DNA from: Antedon mediterranea
Lineage: Eukaryota; Animalia; Echinodermata
Length of the DNA stretch: 64,000 nucleotides
Assembly (NCBI RefSeq): GCF_964355755.1
Contig: NC_092674.1
Location: forward strand, 13,640,001-13,704,000
Reading direction: 5' to 3'
This document shows positions 40,492 through 53,196 of this stretch, in pieces. The position numbers and the translations under genes were made by a program. A model generated the notes under the pieces. The model made no database searches and was not told the origin of the DNA. It worked only from the letters and a program-made list of their open reading frames with translations. Each line of letters opens with the position of its first letter. Position 1 is the first letter of the stretch.

Positions 40492-43400
40492 CTAACAATG
40501 GAAATAATGCAGTGATAATAACAAATCAAATGTCGAGAGAAAATGAATTAACCAGTAGCTTAAAAATAAAGATAACTGGTGACAAACATTATCATGAATT
40601 TTATGTTTGAACATACCAATACTGGTTGACATTTTAATGTCATTGGGTAGTGAGTTCCACACATTAGTGCCTCTGTATGTGACACTTTGTTGGCCCAATA
40701 GGGTCCTTTTGAAAGCAGTGCTTAAATTCTCTTTAGCACTTGTCTCATGATTACTGTATGTTTGGAATTGTTTGTAGCAAAGAAAGAATCAAAAGTAATA
40801 GGCAACTTCTTGTGATGAAACTTAAACATGAATATCGCAACACTTTTTTGGTACAGCTCAGATAATTTTAATGTTTTTGTGCTGGCAAAGAGTGGTAGAG
40901 AAGGATGATGAAAAGGAACGTTGCAAACAATTCTAAGTGCTTTCTTTTGTCAAATATAAAGACGATTTAAAATAGTTTGATTAGTAGATCCCCATAGTGT
41001 TATGGCATATGTTAGGTTAGGTAATATGAGAGAGTTGTATATTTTTAATAGGATTTCGTATGGGAGTACGCATTTTATTTTATTCATGGTGCCTATAGCT
41101 GTTGAAACTTTCTTTGCGATTGAATTTATATGATATGCAAATGATAATTTCTCATCTAGATGAACACCAAGAAACTTTGTTTGATTTACTCGTTCTATAA
41201 TATCAGTATTAATTAGCAAAGTTAGATTTGACGTGTCAATTTTTACATTTCTACTAGTAAATACAATATAATTCGTTTTTTTGGTGTTCACAGTTAATCT
41301 ATTTGCAATAAACCAGTTAGAAAGACATGCCATTTCATAGTTTAAAATATCGAATGCTCTTGTAATATCATTGTGTTGCAGGAACACATTAGTGTCATCT
41401 GCATAAATAATAACGTTTGTGTTTCTACAGGCAAATGGCATATCATTTATAAAAATCAGGAATAGTAAGGGTCCAAGAATGGACCCCTGTGGAACACCGT
41501 ACTTAATGTATTTGGTTTCTGATTTTTTACCTTCTACGTTTACAAATTGTTTTCTAGTTGATAAGTAACTCTTAAACCAATCTAAAACGACACCTCTGAT
41601 ACCGTAATGTCTCATCTTCTGTAATAAAATGTGATGATCCATTGAATCGAACGCTTTTGATAAATCTAAAAATATTCCTATCATAAAGCATTTTTGTTCG
41701 ATTGCAGAGGTAATTTTTTCAAATGTATCTAATAATGCGTGAATAGTAGAATGTTGTTGTCGGAAACCATATTGTGATTTATTAAGTACATTGTTCTTAT
41801 TTAGGAATGAAATAGTTTGATTGCTAACAACCCGTTCATAAACCTTCGAAAGACATGGCAGTATAGATATGGGACGGTAATTGTTAATTTCTGATTTATC
41901 TCCGTTCTTGAAGATAGGTATTGTTTTTGCAATTTTAAGTTCGTCCGGAAAACAACCGGTGGCGAGTGATATGTTGATCAAATGAGTAATCGGTCGTTTA
42001 AGATAGTTTGAGTATGGTTTTAGATATAGTGCTCCAATGTCATCGTGCCCAGGTGTTTTATTAGTTTCCAAATTTTTGGGGAGAGTTTTAATTTCATCCT
42101 CAGTAACAGGTCTTAGAAACATAGAATTAACATAGTTTCCTGTTAAATACGAGGATGATTCTGTTATTTGTGGTTCTTGTAAGATTCGTTTTGCCAACGT
42201 TTCTCCAATGCTTGTGAAATAAGTATTAAACGCATTTGCTTTTTCTGAGGGGGTGTTAAATTGCTTAAAGTCATGATTTATTGTTGGTGGTAGTTGTCGT
42301 GTTTTTGTCCTTCCCATTATAGTGTTAATCGTTTTCCATGTCTTTTTGGTATTACTTTTATTATTTTCAAATTGAGTAAAGTAGTATTCTTCTTTTCGTT
42401 TCTTAATAAGTGCTGTAAGTTTGTTTCTGTATTTAGTATATTTCAGTTTATTTGAGGGAGTGGAAATTTTTTCTGTATGAACTATACAACCTGCCCTTAG
42501 TTGTTATTGACTTTGCTATGGCCTCGGTGATCCATTGAGATCGATCTTTATTTGCTTTTGCCTTAATTTTTTTCAAAGGAAAGTTTTTATCAATTAAATG
42601 TTTGAAGTTGTGAGCAAATGTTGAATATGCAATGTTTGCATCTTCTGTTCTTAGGACAGGTTGCCAGTTTTCACTTGCCAAGTCTTCCTTAAAGGATTCG
42701 ACTTGCTGGTGGAAATAAGTGCGTTTTAAAATAAATGACTGTTTTGTATTTTTTTTACGATTCTCAGATTTTGTGATTGCAAATATAGGATAATGATCTG
42801 ATATATCTGTGTAAATAATTCCAGTATTGATATTGTGATTATTTGTAGAATTACTATATATATTATCAATGATAGAAGATGTATTTTCTGTTACACGAGT
42901 CGGTTTATTAATCAGGGGCAAGAAAGAATTGGAAACAGTGGCGTCCACATGACATTGAACATTACAGTTTGAATGGTATAGGTTAAGGTCGAGATTAAAG
43001 TCGCCCATAAGGTATGAGTGCGTCTTTTCTTTGTTAATTATATTCATAACTTCTGTAAATTGATTATTAAATATACTGATTTTAGATTCAGGTGGTCTAT
43101 AAATGACCCCAGCTGAAATATATTTACCGTCAATTATTATATCTATGAATAAGGATTCAGCTTCAGTAATTAATTTAGATAAATCATCTCGTGGTTTGTA
43201 ACACAAATTGTCAGAAATATATAGAGCTACGCCTCCGCCCCGTCTACCCGTACGATTACGATTTACAAGCACATAGTTCGGCAAGTTAAAAAATGAAACT
43301 TCATCATTATCGCTCAACCATGTATCTTGAAGGGCAATGACAGAGAACTTATAATTAAGTGAGTCAATAAATTGTGAAAACTGGTCAAACTTGTTGACGA

Positions 43401-43560
43401 TACTACAACAGTTAAGTGACAGAAAAGAAACATCATCCGATATGTTTGAAATTTGTCTAAATTCTTCAACATGGTAGTATTTAGATTCATTATACTTAAG
43501 ATAGGGATTGAGATCTTCATCATCATCATCATCAGTAGTATTGCTTAAAAAAGGTAACAT
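40492..43560 (-). pseudogene. LINE ORF2 (APE endonuclease plus reverse transcriptase), disrupted
   Basis: GGGVALYI, IYRPP, MGDFNLD, ISDHYPI; NYRPISILP, QYGFR, FLDLSKAFD, GVPQGSILGP, YADDT, WNSLP. Frameshift near 42450, stop at 40950-40952 (LYI*QKKALR) and a probable further frameshift near 40750. Confidence 0.92.
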
Positions 43561-44232
43561 TAATAAAAAAAAAATAAAAAATAAATAAATAAATAAATAA
43601 ATATATATAGTTTTAAAAAAATAAATAAAATAAATAAGTTTAATTAAAAAATATTACTATATACTGTAACAGATGTTTAGATACAGTAGAGTAATAAGAT
43701 AACTATCTAGGCCTATCTAGTGTATCCGTCATGTTAACGTCAATGAGAAACTCAAAGACATAACATAAATAATAATACACAGTACGTCGGTACATTATAT
43801 ATAGTTATAATACAGATGTATTATATAATATATATAAAAAAAGAAAAAAAGAAGCAGCAATATAAACATACCGGTACTATTTCAGCCATTTTCTAGATAG
43901 TACGTACAATTAACCAGACAATCACATGTTCGTTATAGACTGGAACATCCTCTCACCTGTATCCCAATGTGTCTTGGATTAGGTTACTTTAGTAATTTAT
44001 TGGCTGGTTTGTTTACATACAGTGGTAGTATGACAGCAATATGTGTTTGACATGGGACATTCTCTCATCTGTATGCAAATGATTGTTACTTAATTGTGGC
44101 GTAATAGTAGGTGAGAACAATAACACATTTGACAGGAGACACCCTTTTATATGCAAATGTAATTGATTGTTTACATACATCGTAGTTTTTACGAAGACTT
44201 TGTTGACAAAAAACAAAAGTCGTATGAACGGC

Positions 44233-45036
44233 TTATGAGTGGAGTTTTCCGTTAATATAGAGGTTCCCGTTTCTAAACACTGGTCGTTTCCTTTCTCCGT
44301 ATGCTTTTGCCATTATTTCTCTGAGATTACGTTTCTTTTTAAGGTCAGTTTCTGGTAAGTCCTCTAGTACGAAGATCCCCTTATCTTTCAACACATGACC
44401 TGTTTTGGCTTGCATCAGTACTTGGTAGCGTTGCGGTCGAAACAGGAATTTAGCGATAATATGTCTAGGTGCTCCGGTCGGTGAAGTACGGGGTTTGCCT
44501 GTACGGTGGGCATTTTCGACTGTAATGTTCGGTAGTTTCAGATCGTTCTTTATAATTTCATTAATTTTCTCAATTGGAATTTCATCTATACTTTCTTTAA
44601 TTCCACCGAATCTCAAATTAAAACTTCTAGAGTATCTCTCAAGTTTAAGGATTTGATTTTGAAGTAATATGACGTTGTTCCGGTCGGCGTCCATTGATGT
44701 CTTAACCGCTTCAATGTCCGTACAAAATGATACGATTTTCTTCTCTATCTCTACGATTGAATCACTGGTAAATGCGATCGATTTTTCTAGTTCCGTTTGT
44801 TTATTTTCGATCTTGTCAATTCGTTTGAGTAAGGCCTCTTGATTTAAAATGATCGAGTTTAGCTTACCCTTGATGACGGTTTGAAATGTTCGAAGTTCCC
44901 GCCTCAGCATACCCACTTCTGTTGCTTCGGTTCCGTCAGGGTCCCCGCATTCAGAGTCAAGAGTTGATGATTCTCGGGCGAGTAGAACTCGATCTTTTTC
45001 TTTATCTTTTTTGTTATTTCTTCTTTCTCGGCTCAT
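44233..45036 (-). CDS. LINE ORF1 protein (coiled coil plus RRM-type RNA-binding region), intact 267 aa
   Basis: Heptad-rich N-terminal half, LERYSRSFNLRFGGI, ENAHRTGKP..PRHIIAKF and EDLP..NGNLYING motifs. Confidence 0.88.
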   Translation of the reverse strand: MSRERRNNKKDKEKDRVLLARESSTLDSECGDPDGTEATEVGMLRRELRTFQTVIKGKLNSIILNQEALLKRIDKIENKQTELEKSIAFTSDSIVEIEKKIVSFCTDIEAVKTSMDADRNNVILLQNQILKLERYSRSFNLRFGGIKESIDEIPIEKINEIIKNDLKLPNITVENAHRTGKPRTSPTGAPRHIIAKFLFRPQRYQVLMQAKTGHVLKDKGIFVLEDLPETDLKKKRNLREIMAKAYGERKRPVFRNGNLYINGKLHS

Positions 45037-45186
45037 GTTGACGTGCAGTTGTATTCACCGTTTATATATATATATATATATATTCAAATGTGAGTTGGTT
45101 TTTTAATAGATGGCTGTATTTTAAGTATCATTATTGACGGATCAGATAGCCGATGTGTGTGTCTGTTACGAGCTCATCATCATCAT

Positions 45187-45857
45187 TTACTTCATCGTAC
45201 ACTCACAGTCGTTTGTTTTCCCCGTCACTGGTAGATTTACTTCATCGTACACTCACATCCGTTTATTTTTCCCCGTCACTGGTAGCTTTACTTCATCGTA
45301 AACTCACAGCCGTTTGTTTTTCCACAGTCACTGGTAGCTTTACTTCATCGTACACTCACAGCCGTTTGTTTTTCCCCAGTCACTGGTAGCTTTACTTCAT
45401 CGTACACTCACAGCCGTTTGTTTTTCCCCGTCACTGGTAGCTTTACTTCATCGTACACTCACAGCCGTTTGTTTTTCCCCAGTCACTGGTAGCTTTACTT
45501 CATCGTACACTCACAGCCGTTTGTTTTTCCCCAGTCACTGGTAGCTTTACTTCATCGTACACTCACAGCCGTTTGTTTTTCCCCAGTCACTGGTAGCTTT
45601 ACTTCATCGTACACTCACAGCCGTTTGTTTTTCCCCGTCACTGGTAGCTTTACTTCATCGTACACTCACAGCCGTTTGTTTTTCCCCAGTCACTGGTAGC
45701 TTTACTTCATCGTACACTCACAGCCGTTTGTTTTTCCCCGTCACTGGTAGCTTTACTTCATCGTACACTCACAGCCGTTTGTTTTTCCCCGTCACTGGTA
45801 GCTTTACTTCATCGTACACTCACAGCCGTTTGTTTTTCCCCAGTCTCTGGTAGCTTT
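45187..45857. repeat. 51-52-bp minisatellite, right part (about 13 units)
   Basis: Same unit as 40057-40254, resuming in register after the LINE. Confidence 0.95.
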
Positions 45858-46599
45858 CATCAGTCACTGTGTAAGAAACTATAAATCAAAATAAAACCTT
45901 CATAAACGTAACACTTTTACGGTTGTTTGACCGTCGTTTATGGACTGACCAACAATATTGATAAATTAAACATGAATAGCGTTTTTACATATTTAAATAT
46001 TGTATAGTTTTTTGTTTGTGTATGCATGTAATTATTTTTATCATGTTTTTTAACATACGAATTTCAATTACTGTATTGGACAATAAATTTGAACTTGATT
46101 GTATTCATCGGTCCAATCAACGCACTCAACGGTACAGTACGGTATGTTTAACATTGTATTGAGAGTTGCATATATCATGACGTCACATTTGAGAATTAAC
46201 ATTCAACCTTTATTGATGTGAGTATGACTATGTTGTTAAGGGTCTATAATAGTTCACCTAAAATCCCAGCTGGACCTGCCTCATTATTTTAAGTATCTGA
46301 ATATTCTTCAAAATCAAAACCTGCTTCTGCTTCTATACTACTCTCTTAATGTAAACGAGTGATATTTCCACTCCAAATTTAGAGTGAACCGATGTTCACT
46401 CTTAAATGAGTGGTAATCCATTCCAATTTGAGCGACTGCCATAATTATTAAGCATAAAACGTACCACTCCTTCAACGAATGTGCATTTATTCCAGCTCGA
46501 ACTGTAAACACTCGCCACTCGACTCCGGGAGTGAACACTTTTGATCGAGGCAGCCAATCAAATGCAAGCATTTCCTAATTCCTATCGTCATCGCGCGCG

Positions 46600-47529
46600 C
46601 CCGGGCCGCCATTTTTTTTTCGTACATAAGTTGGGGACCCCCTCATGAAACGTCACAAAATAAACATGAATAATTCATCAGTTAAATTTTCTTGTTCCGT
46701 GTGCACCCAATCGTATAGCAACAAGAAGTGATTACAGTTTACACAAGTGCGGTAAGATTCTAGGCCTATCTCCGCTGTGGTTGCCGCGTGCGATTTCATA
46801 ATAGAATAGCGGCGTTTTTTGTGGATTATCGAAATAATCAGCCTTTAGTTTTGGTGTTTTTAATATAATTTATTACTAAAGAATTACGTGTTAAAATTAT
46901 AGTTTCTATTGATACTATTAGGCCTAATTACTAGTCTCTAAACCCACGTCTATTCTAGTAGTAGCTGTGTTGGTGTGTGTGACGTGTGTGTTAGAGTTAG
47001 GTATGACACAGTCCGAGTAATAAGTCAGCAAAATTAAACAATAAACATTACACAAAAATACATTTTTTATTCTCGTGGGTCTAATCTTCCCATCTCATGT
47101 GTTCATATACGCGCATTTTTAAAGTTCCTTTGAGTACATGCATATTGTTTGATAATAAAATAGCAGAATTAAAAAAATACAGTACACAAATTATACACAT
47201 TCTTTATTCTTGTGGGTCTAAGCTTTCTTTTGGCTATGTCCAATTACTACTTAGTTTAATGTCTTGCCTAGCTGTCGATTAGCCTCGACACATTTTGCAT
47301 AGTGGACCTGTGTGTGAAGAAGAGTGCGCGAAGGCAATCACGTGAATTGACCTAGAATCCTAGGCCTATTGTAGAAAGAATCGTATCGCAGTTGTGTAAT
47401 CACTTCTTGTTGCTATACGCTTGGGTGCACACGGAACAACAAATTTAACTGATGAATTATTCATGTTTATTTTGTGACGTTTCATGAGGGGTCCCCAACT
47501 TATGTACGAAAAAAAAAATCGCGCCCGGG
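46600..47529 (+). mobile_element. Complete long-TIR MITE with CCCGGG ends
   Basis: TIRs of about 160 bp (ttttcgtacataagttggggacccc..catgaaacgtcac); second copy at 1606-2422. Confidence 0.88.
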
Positions 47530-47563
47530 GCTGCCGATTGACTATTTCTCTCTCTCTTTCTCC

Positions 47564-48638
47564 GGGTGTCACGAAACCTAAGACCATGAAAGCTAAGACC
47601 CCCTAAGACCTAAGATCACGAAAGCTAAGACCCAAGACCTAAGATTACAAATTCTAAGATATACTACAGCTTAAAAGCAATAGGCCTACTTGTTTATCCA
47701 TACATAATTTTAAACACAGTAGGTTTCATTTATTACCATAAATATAATTTAATACTACCGCAAAACATAGATAAACTCACATTATTTTCGCCCGTTGAGT
47801 AAATGTATATTTTTTCTTTACAACAAACAAACTTGACGGGTTGTTTGTTGGTATATATTTACTCCAATATGTTGGTTCAGAGGATGTTTTTCTTACGCAC
47901 CTGCCTTTCTTGTATTTTGACTCCAAATTTGTTGACTAACTTTATCCTGAATACCACACTTTAAAATTAGGACTTATAAGTACTTTCAGAAGGAGAAACA
48001 CATAATAACAAATAAATAAATCCTTTAAATTTATGATTTTACAGACGTTTCTTTGTATACTGTAATGTAACTCCTCGAGCTCCCCATGCTCAATGTTTTT
48101 GTTTCTATGGAGCGCCAAAAGAGCAACAATAATAGTACAAGTATAAAAAAAGAAAGAAAACGAAACAAAAAAACTTATCATGATTTTTAAGTTAAAATTT
48201 ATTTGCCAGTATTTATTTCTTCGTACTTGCATGATTATACTATTATCATTACAATTTTAATTTTACATTGTTCCATCCACACTGTAGATGGACTCCAACA
48301 GAGTTTTCAGCCCTCTATATAATTTGTGCTCTTTTGATTTTCCATAGAAACAAAAACATTGAGCATGGGGATCTCGAGGAGTTACATTACAGTATACTGC
48401 TACTAGTGTACTGTAGGCTAGTCATTTTGTGTGCGAGAAAACGTCTGTAAAATCATCAATTTAAAAATGTATTTGTTACTTTTTATGTGATTCTTTTTCA
48501 TGAAAGTGCCAATTCTAAGGTGTGGTATTCAGAATAAATGTTGGGAGTTAAAATACAAGGCAGGTGCGAAAGATAAATATTTGTAATCTTAGGTTTTAGG
48601 GGGTCTTAGCTTTCGTGGTCTTAGGTTTCGTGACACCC
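47564..48638. mobile_element. Mutator/foldback-like MITE
   Basis: TIR gggtgtcacgaaacctaagacc with CTAAGA subrepeats, exact 10-bp TSD CTCTTTCTCC, and inner inverted arms at about 47890-48128 and 48325-48572. Confidence 0.88.
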
Positions 48639-49783
48639 CTCTTTCTCCCGCCGCATTCCAACGAGATGGAGGAATTTTTTCACCAGATATTTGGTGAACA
48701 AGATCAACATTTAATCAGGATATTTAATGGTAAATTACATTTAAAATGTAGTTGTTGTTACCGTGTATTGTAGAAATGATTATGATTGTTTTGTAATGTG
48801 TTTACTGTTTTATTTGCGTGTGAATCCTGTTGAACTAGCCTAGCTAGGCTAGCCTACTACACTACTAAGCCTAGGCCTAGACCCCGAGCCCTGTTCACTC
48901 ACTGCAGCAGTGCAGACGAACGACGAACATGCGCATGGACCGGATGGCTCTCTGCTGCGGCCTTATTATTTACTATCCCAAGGCCTAGCCTATATAAGTA
49001 TTCATGCTCTATCTAGCCGACTTTTTAAAATTCAGACATTATATATTTAATGTCCAATTTGCCAGTCCACTTTTAACCTTTTCAATTTCTTTGAAGGTCC
49101 CTTATAAGAAATTACAACAAACATCAAACCAACTGTTATATTCCCATCTTATTCGCGATGAGGAGTAACGGAAATGAAATGTTTTTGATGAATTTAAATT
49201 CCCTCATAATTATGCAGTATGTATAGAGAAGAAGTGATTTGGTGACCACTCTTTTTTTTACTCCAAAACGAGTTGTCCCTCAGTTAACTCTTTGAAAGAG
49301 TGGAAGTTCACTCTAGTTTGAGTGGTTTCTCACTCTTTTACATTAAGAGAGTACTGTCGTCGGAACTATCACTCAGCGAATTTAGGTTTCTCCATTTCAT
49401 TTTTAACCATCTCTTCAAAATATATTTTATAATAAAATCACTTCGCTGACAAAGCCTCATGAGCTGCTTTATGTCTCTTCGACGAGGAAGCACAAGAACT
49501 GAAAAATGCATCCATAGTTCGTTGTTTTTTTTCTGACAATGATTGTCACTGGTGCAATGCGACCGGATCCATAAACATCCTTATGCTTCGATTTTGTATG
49601 CCTAGAAGCATAATCGTTCTGAAAATTGTCATTTCACAAAGCCGTTTTCAGGCTTATTCAACGGAACAGAGCGTCTAGTTTTGCAGCTATACGTACAGTA
49701 CGTCGTCTGATAAACTGAGTGACCGCATGTACGCGTTTCTTCTCAGCTGCTGATTGATTCTCCTATACGTCGGCTAAAGTTAA

Positions 49784-50409
49784 AGACCCCTTCCCTGCAA
49801 TTTTGGACGTTTTTTGGAAAATAATACATATATATCACTTTAAAAACATTAAACCATGTCATTCCTTGTCTTAAATGTACGTTTTATGGTAAATTATGAT
49901 AAAAAGTGAGAAACAATGCACTACCTAAGTAGCTCGCGGCGATCGACCTCTCGTGGACGGTCTTAGGCCTAACCTAGCTAGGCTTAGTTTTGTAGGCCTA
50001 GCTGGTAAACATCGGTAACGTACGAACATCGTACGCTAGCTATATACCTAGCCTGACGTTGTATAGTTGCTGCATTAATTGTCTTTCTATTTTTGCCAGA
50101 CTCCGTTGATACAAATTGGGGAAAACCCGGTATTTTCGCTGAAAAGTTAGGAGTCTTCCATTTGTTTTGGCTTCACGATCGATCGAAAAGTGGGCGAATT
50201 ACAGGTGAAAAACAAAAATATCAATCCGCGCGCAATGCATTTTGGGATTTATAGCGGGCCTCTATAATTATTAGAATCGATTTATTTTTCACATTTTTAA
50301 CCGTTTAAAGACGAAAAAAGTTATCGCAATAGGACCATATAGTATTATTTTTACATTAAATATAGTTTGTGATCTTAAAATAGATCTAAAAAACGTAGGG
50401 AATGGGGCT
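49784..50409. mobile_element. Kolobok-like MITE
   Basis: TTAA|AGACCCCTTCCCT ... AGGGAATGGGGCT|TTAA. Confidence 0.7.
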
Positions 50410-50448
50410 TTAATTCTGGTCCCAATGTTAATAAATGAATCGTACAAA

Positions 50449-50630
50449 TACAAAGGGACACCGCCATACTAGTACGTACCTATTGTTTAGTTAGATCGCT
50501 GGCAATAATGCATATGCATATAAAGTGTAATAGCCCTCGGACGTACTCATGGACAAAATGGAACGTCGCTGTTTTCTAGGCGCTGAAGCTACGAGTGATT
50601 TTTACTGTATATTATATTCCCTGATGAAAA
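50449..50630 (+). repeat. Dispersed repeat fragment, also present at 62832-63025
   Basis: tacaaaggga..agatcgctggcaataatg..tggaacgtcgc..ttttctaggcgctgaag..tactgtatattatattccc occurs in both places. Confidence 0.8.
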
Positions 50631-51059
50631 GGTTCCCACCCCCCCCCCCCCCCCACCGTTATATCTCGATTCTGTCACAAATAAAACCACTAATAACAGT
50701 ATCGTCGGCATATTTAACAATATTGCAATATTTACTTAAAATATTAAAACTACTAGTATAAAATTAAAATAATATTGGAGAAATAAAACAACCTTTTTAT
50801 TCGATAGGATACCACACTCAATCAATCAAAAAACTAAGTATACATTTGAAAAAATTAGATGAAACATTAAAAATTGAGGTAAAATAGTCTTAAATGCACT
50901 GGGGAAATTGATTGATAAAGATAGACCATTTAATAATAACAATAATAATTTATAGGCACTACACTTTTTTTTTATCAGTGGCACACTTTAACTTGTGAAA
51001 AGGTGCGTCCAAAGAAACAAAATATAACAATAAAAACAATAACTAAAAAAGGAGAGATC

Positions 51060-51800
51060 TCCTATTCCATACTTTACACACGTATTTCTTGCAATATTAA
51101 AGATATTGATTGCTCTTCATAACATAGAGAAATATTTCCGATAATTGACATAAATTTTGTAGCATTTTTGTGCTAGTATTAAATATCTCCCAGGATTGTT
51201 CTTGTCCATTTAAAATTAAAGCTTCTTTTAACTTTTGCATTTCTGTTTGTCTTATATCATTGTATTCTGCACAATCAAAATCATATTATCTTCAATGACA
51301 TCAAGTGAGCACAATGTGCAATTACCATGATAGCACTATTGGCCCACTTGTATGTCCTACCATCTAAAGTTAGTGTGTTGGAGCGTATCTTAAAATTTTA
51401 AGCTGGCAGCATAAAAATTGGTACTATCAAGGAGATATTCCTCTATAAAAGGTCCAGTCTTAAATTCAGCGTATTGAGTAAGTGAGGATCTTGCTTTCAT
51501 ATCGTCACGCCACTTGTCAAGAAACAATTTATAATAAGTATCTTTGAAATTTGAAAACCATGGCGTTAAGTATTCTTTACCTTCTCTTAATTTCATAACA
51601 ATATTAGGTTTATTATATTCTGAGAAAAACTTATCTGCTAAATTTAGAAACTTGAAACGAAAATCTTTGGTTACATCCTTGGTTTATCATTGTTAAAAAC
51701 ATTACCTTTGGCCACCTATACATAACTTTGTTTTGAATCAAGGCGTTGGTAAATATTATGGAGAAAAGAATTAACAGTATCGTTGACCTCTCTATGCAAA
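51060..51800 (-). pseudogene. Non-LTR retrotransposon ORF2 C-terminal remnant with a Cys-rich motif; a shorter paralogue lies at about 36100-36390
   Basis: SLTQYAEFK..IEEYL..LKF..RSNTL.LDGRT..CTLCSLDVIED..DCAEYNDIR resembles the C-terminal zinc motif of RTEX/CR1-type elements. Confidence 0.6.
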
Positions 51801-52745
51801 TTGGTTCTTATCTAGGCTACATTACAAATGTTTTCTTGAGTCTTGATACATTCAATCTTTCTAAACATTAAATTATAATTAATTGTAACTGACCTAAAAT
51901 CTGTTGGTACACTGGGTCTTTTTACTTTTGGCAATGGGTTTATAATATAAATATACGCGTGGAACAGTAGGCCTAACTAATAAAAAATAATATTTAAAAA
52001 AAAATTGGATATAATTGCTTATTGCACACTTTCAAAATTGTAATTCCCTGTTGTTTTCAAATGAATACAAAAAAGGACATAACATAACATTGTCAAGCAC
52101 TGTAAAACAATATGCATGAATAAAAAAAACCTAAATATTGTACAAAATATAAAATATTCAAACTAAGGCCAAATCGATGTAATACTATAATGTGCAATCA
52201 ACTGTACAATTTAATTGATTTGATGTTTTCTTAGGATTATTATTGTAGGTCTACTTTACATACTTATAGGTATGAAAATACACTCACCAGAGCTTGTTTC
52301 ATTTTTCTTTTAAGCTGCGGCTGTTTTTTTTTCTCTGCGAATTACTAGTATTTATTTACAAAAAAAATTAATCAGTAAATATTGTTGAACCTTTAAAGCT
52401 GCCTTATTTAAAGCTGTAAAACAAATAATATTTGGAGCATAAATTTGTTTCATTTTTTCTTTTACAATTACCACACTTCCGATATACCGGTACTAGAAAG
52501 ATTTGTTTATTTGAGAATAGATCGGTAACAATGTTATTGTACTTTGTATAACTTCCTTATATTATTCCTATTGGAGCAAAAACACTGTGTTATTTAAAGA
52601 TAGAAAACAAGCACCACCAGTTTCTGTATCACTGTTTGTTATTCACGATTGCATTATTTTTTTGAAGGTGTAAAGCAGAATAATGAATGCTTGCTTTATC
52701 ATATTTCCGGTTTGCTTGTAAGCCTACCATTTCGATTTATTTGTT

Positions 52746-53196
52746 TATTTTATTTTATTTTTTTATTTTATTTTTTATCGAAACCAACAGCGATAATTAC
52801 CGCCACTAACAGGTTTGATACAAACAAAGCCAGGACTGTTTAAAGCACCTTGATTGGTCCTAACAATGATCAAGGGCTTCTCTCGTCCAGTGCCCACCTT
52901 GACCAGAGGTCTGAGGCAGATACTAGATGCAGGGGCTGCCATAAGAGTCTGCAGGGGGTCAGCAGTGCTGATTCCAAATGCCTAACGGGACCCCAGCTCC
53001 GAATACAGCACCCGTTATTCCCAGATGGTCTCCCATCCAAGCTCTAACCAGGCCCAACATTGCTTAACTTCGGTGATCTGACGAGAACCGGGGTTTCAAC
53101 GTTGTAAAGCCGTATTCACGTCGCTTAACTTCGGTGATCTGACGAGAACTGGTGTTTCAACGTGGTAAAGCCGTATTCACGTGGTAAAGCCGTATT
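52746..53196 (-). mobile_element. 5S rRNA-derived SINE (SINE3) with a partially triplicated head
   Basis: 5S-like head, GC-rich body of about 220 bp and (AAAAT)n tail. It is absent at the paralogous site near 37090, with TTGTT on both flanks. Confidence 0.88.
53001..53117 (-). ncRNA. 5S rRNA-like sequence (SINE head, not a bona fide 5S gene)
   Basis: gaatacggctttacaacg..ttctcgtcagatcaccgaagttaagcaa..gggcctggttagagcttggatgggagacc..tgggaataacgggtgctgtattc, with box A, intermediate element, box C and a closing stem. Confidence 0.85.

Larger units (their letters stand above)
40255..45186 (-). mobile_element. Full-length non-LTR retrotransposon, CR1 group (Crack/Daphne/L2-like)
   Basis: 5' UTR, ORF1, spacer, APE-RT ORF2, and a 3' UTR ending AATAAA plus (TA)n. 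It interrupts one minisatellite unit with TTTA duplicated. Confidence 0.92.
46341..49351. mobile_element. Non-autonomous TIR element with TA flanks, hosting two MITEs
   Basis: TA|ctctcttaatgtaaa ... tttacattaagagag|TA. The imperfect TIR extends about 50 bp with repeated GAGTG/CACTC motifs. Confidence 0.8.

Noticed and set aside
53001-53117. Functional 5S rRNA gene
   Set aside because: Diverged, lacks a T-run terminator, continues into a body and A-rich tail, and is absent from the paralogous site.
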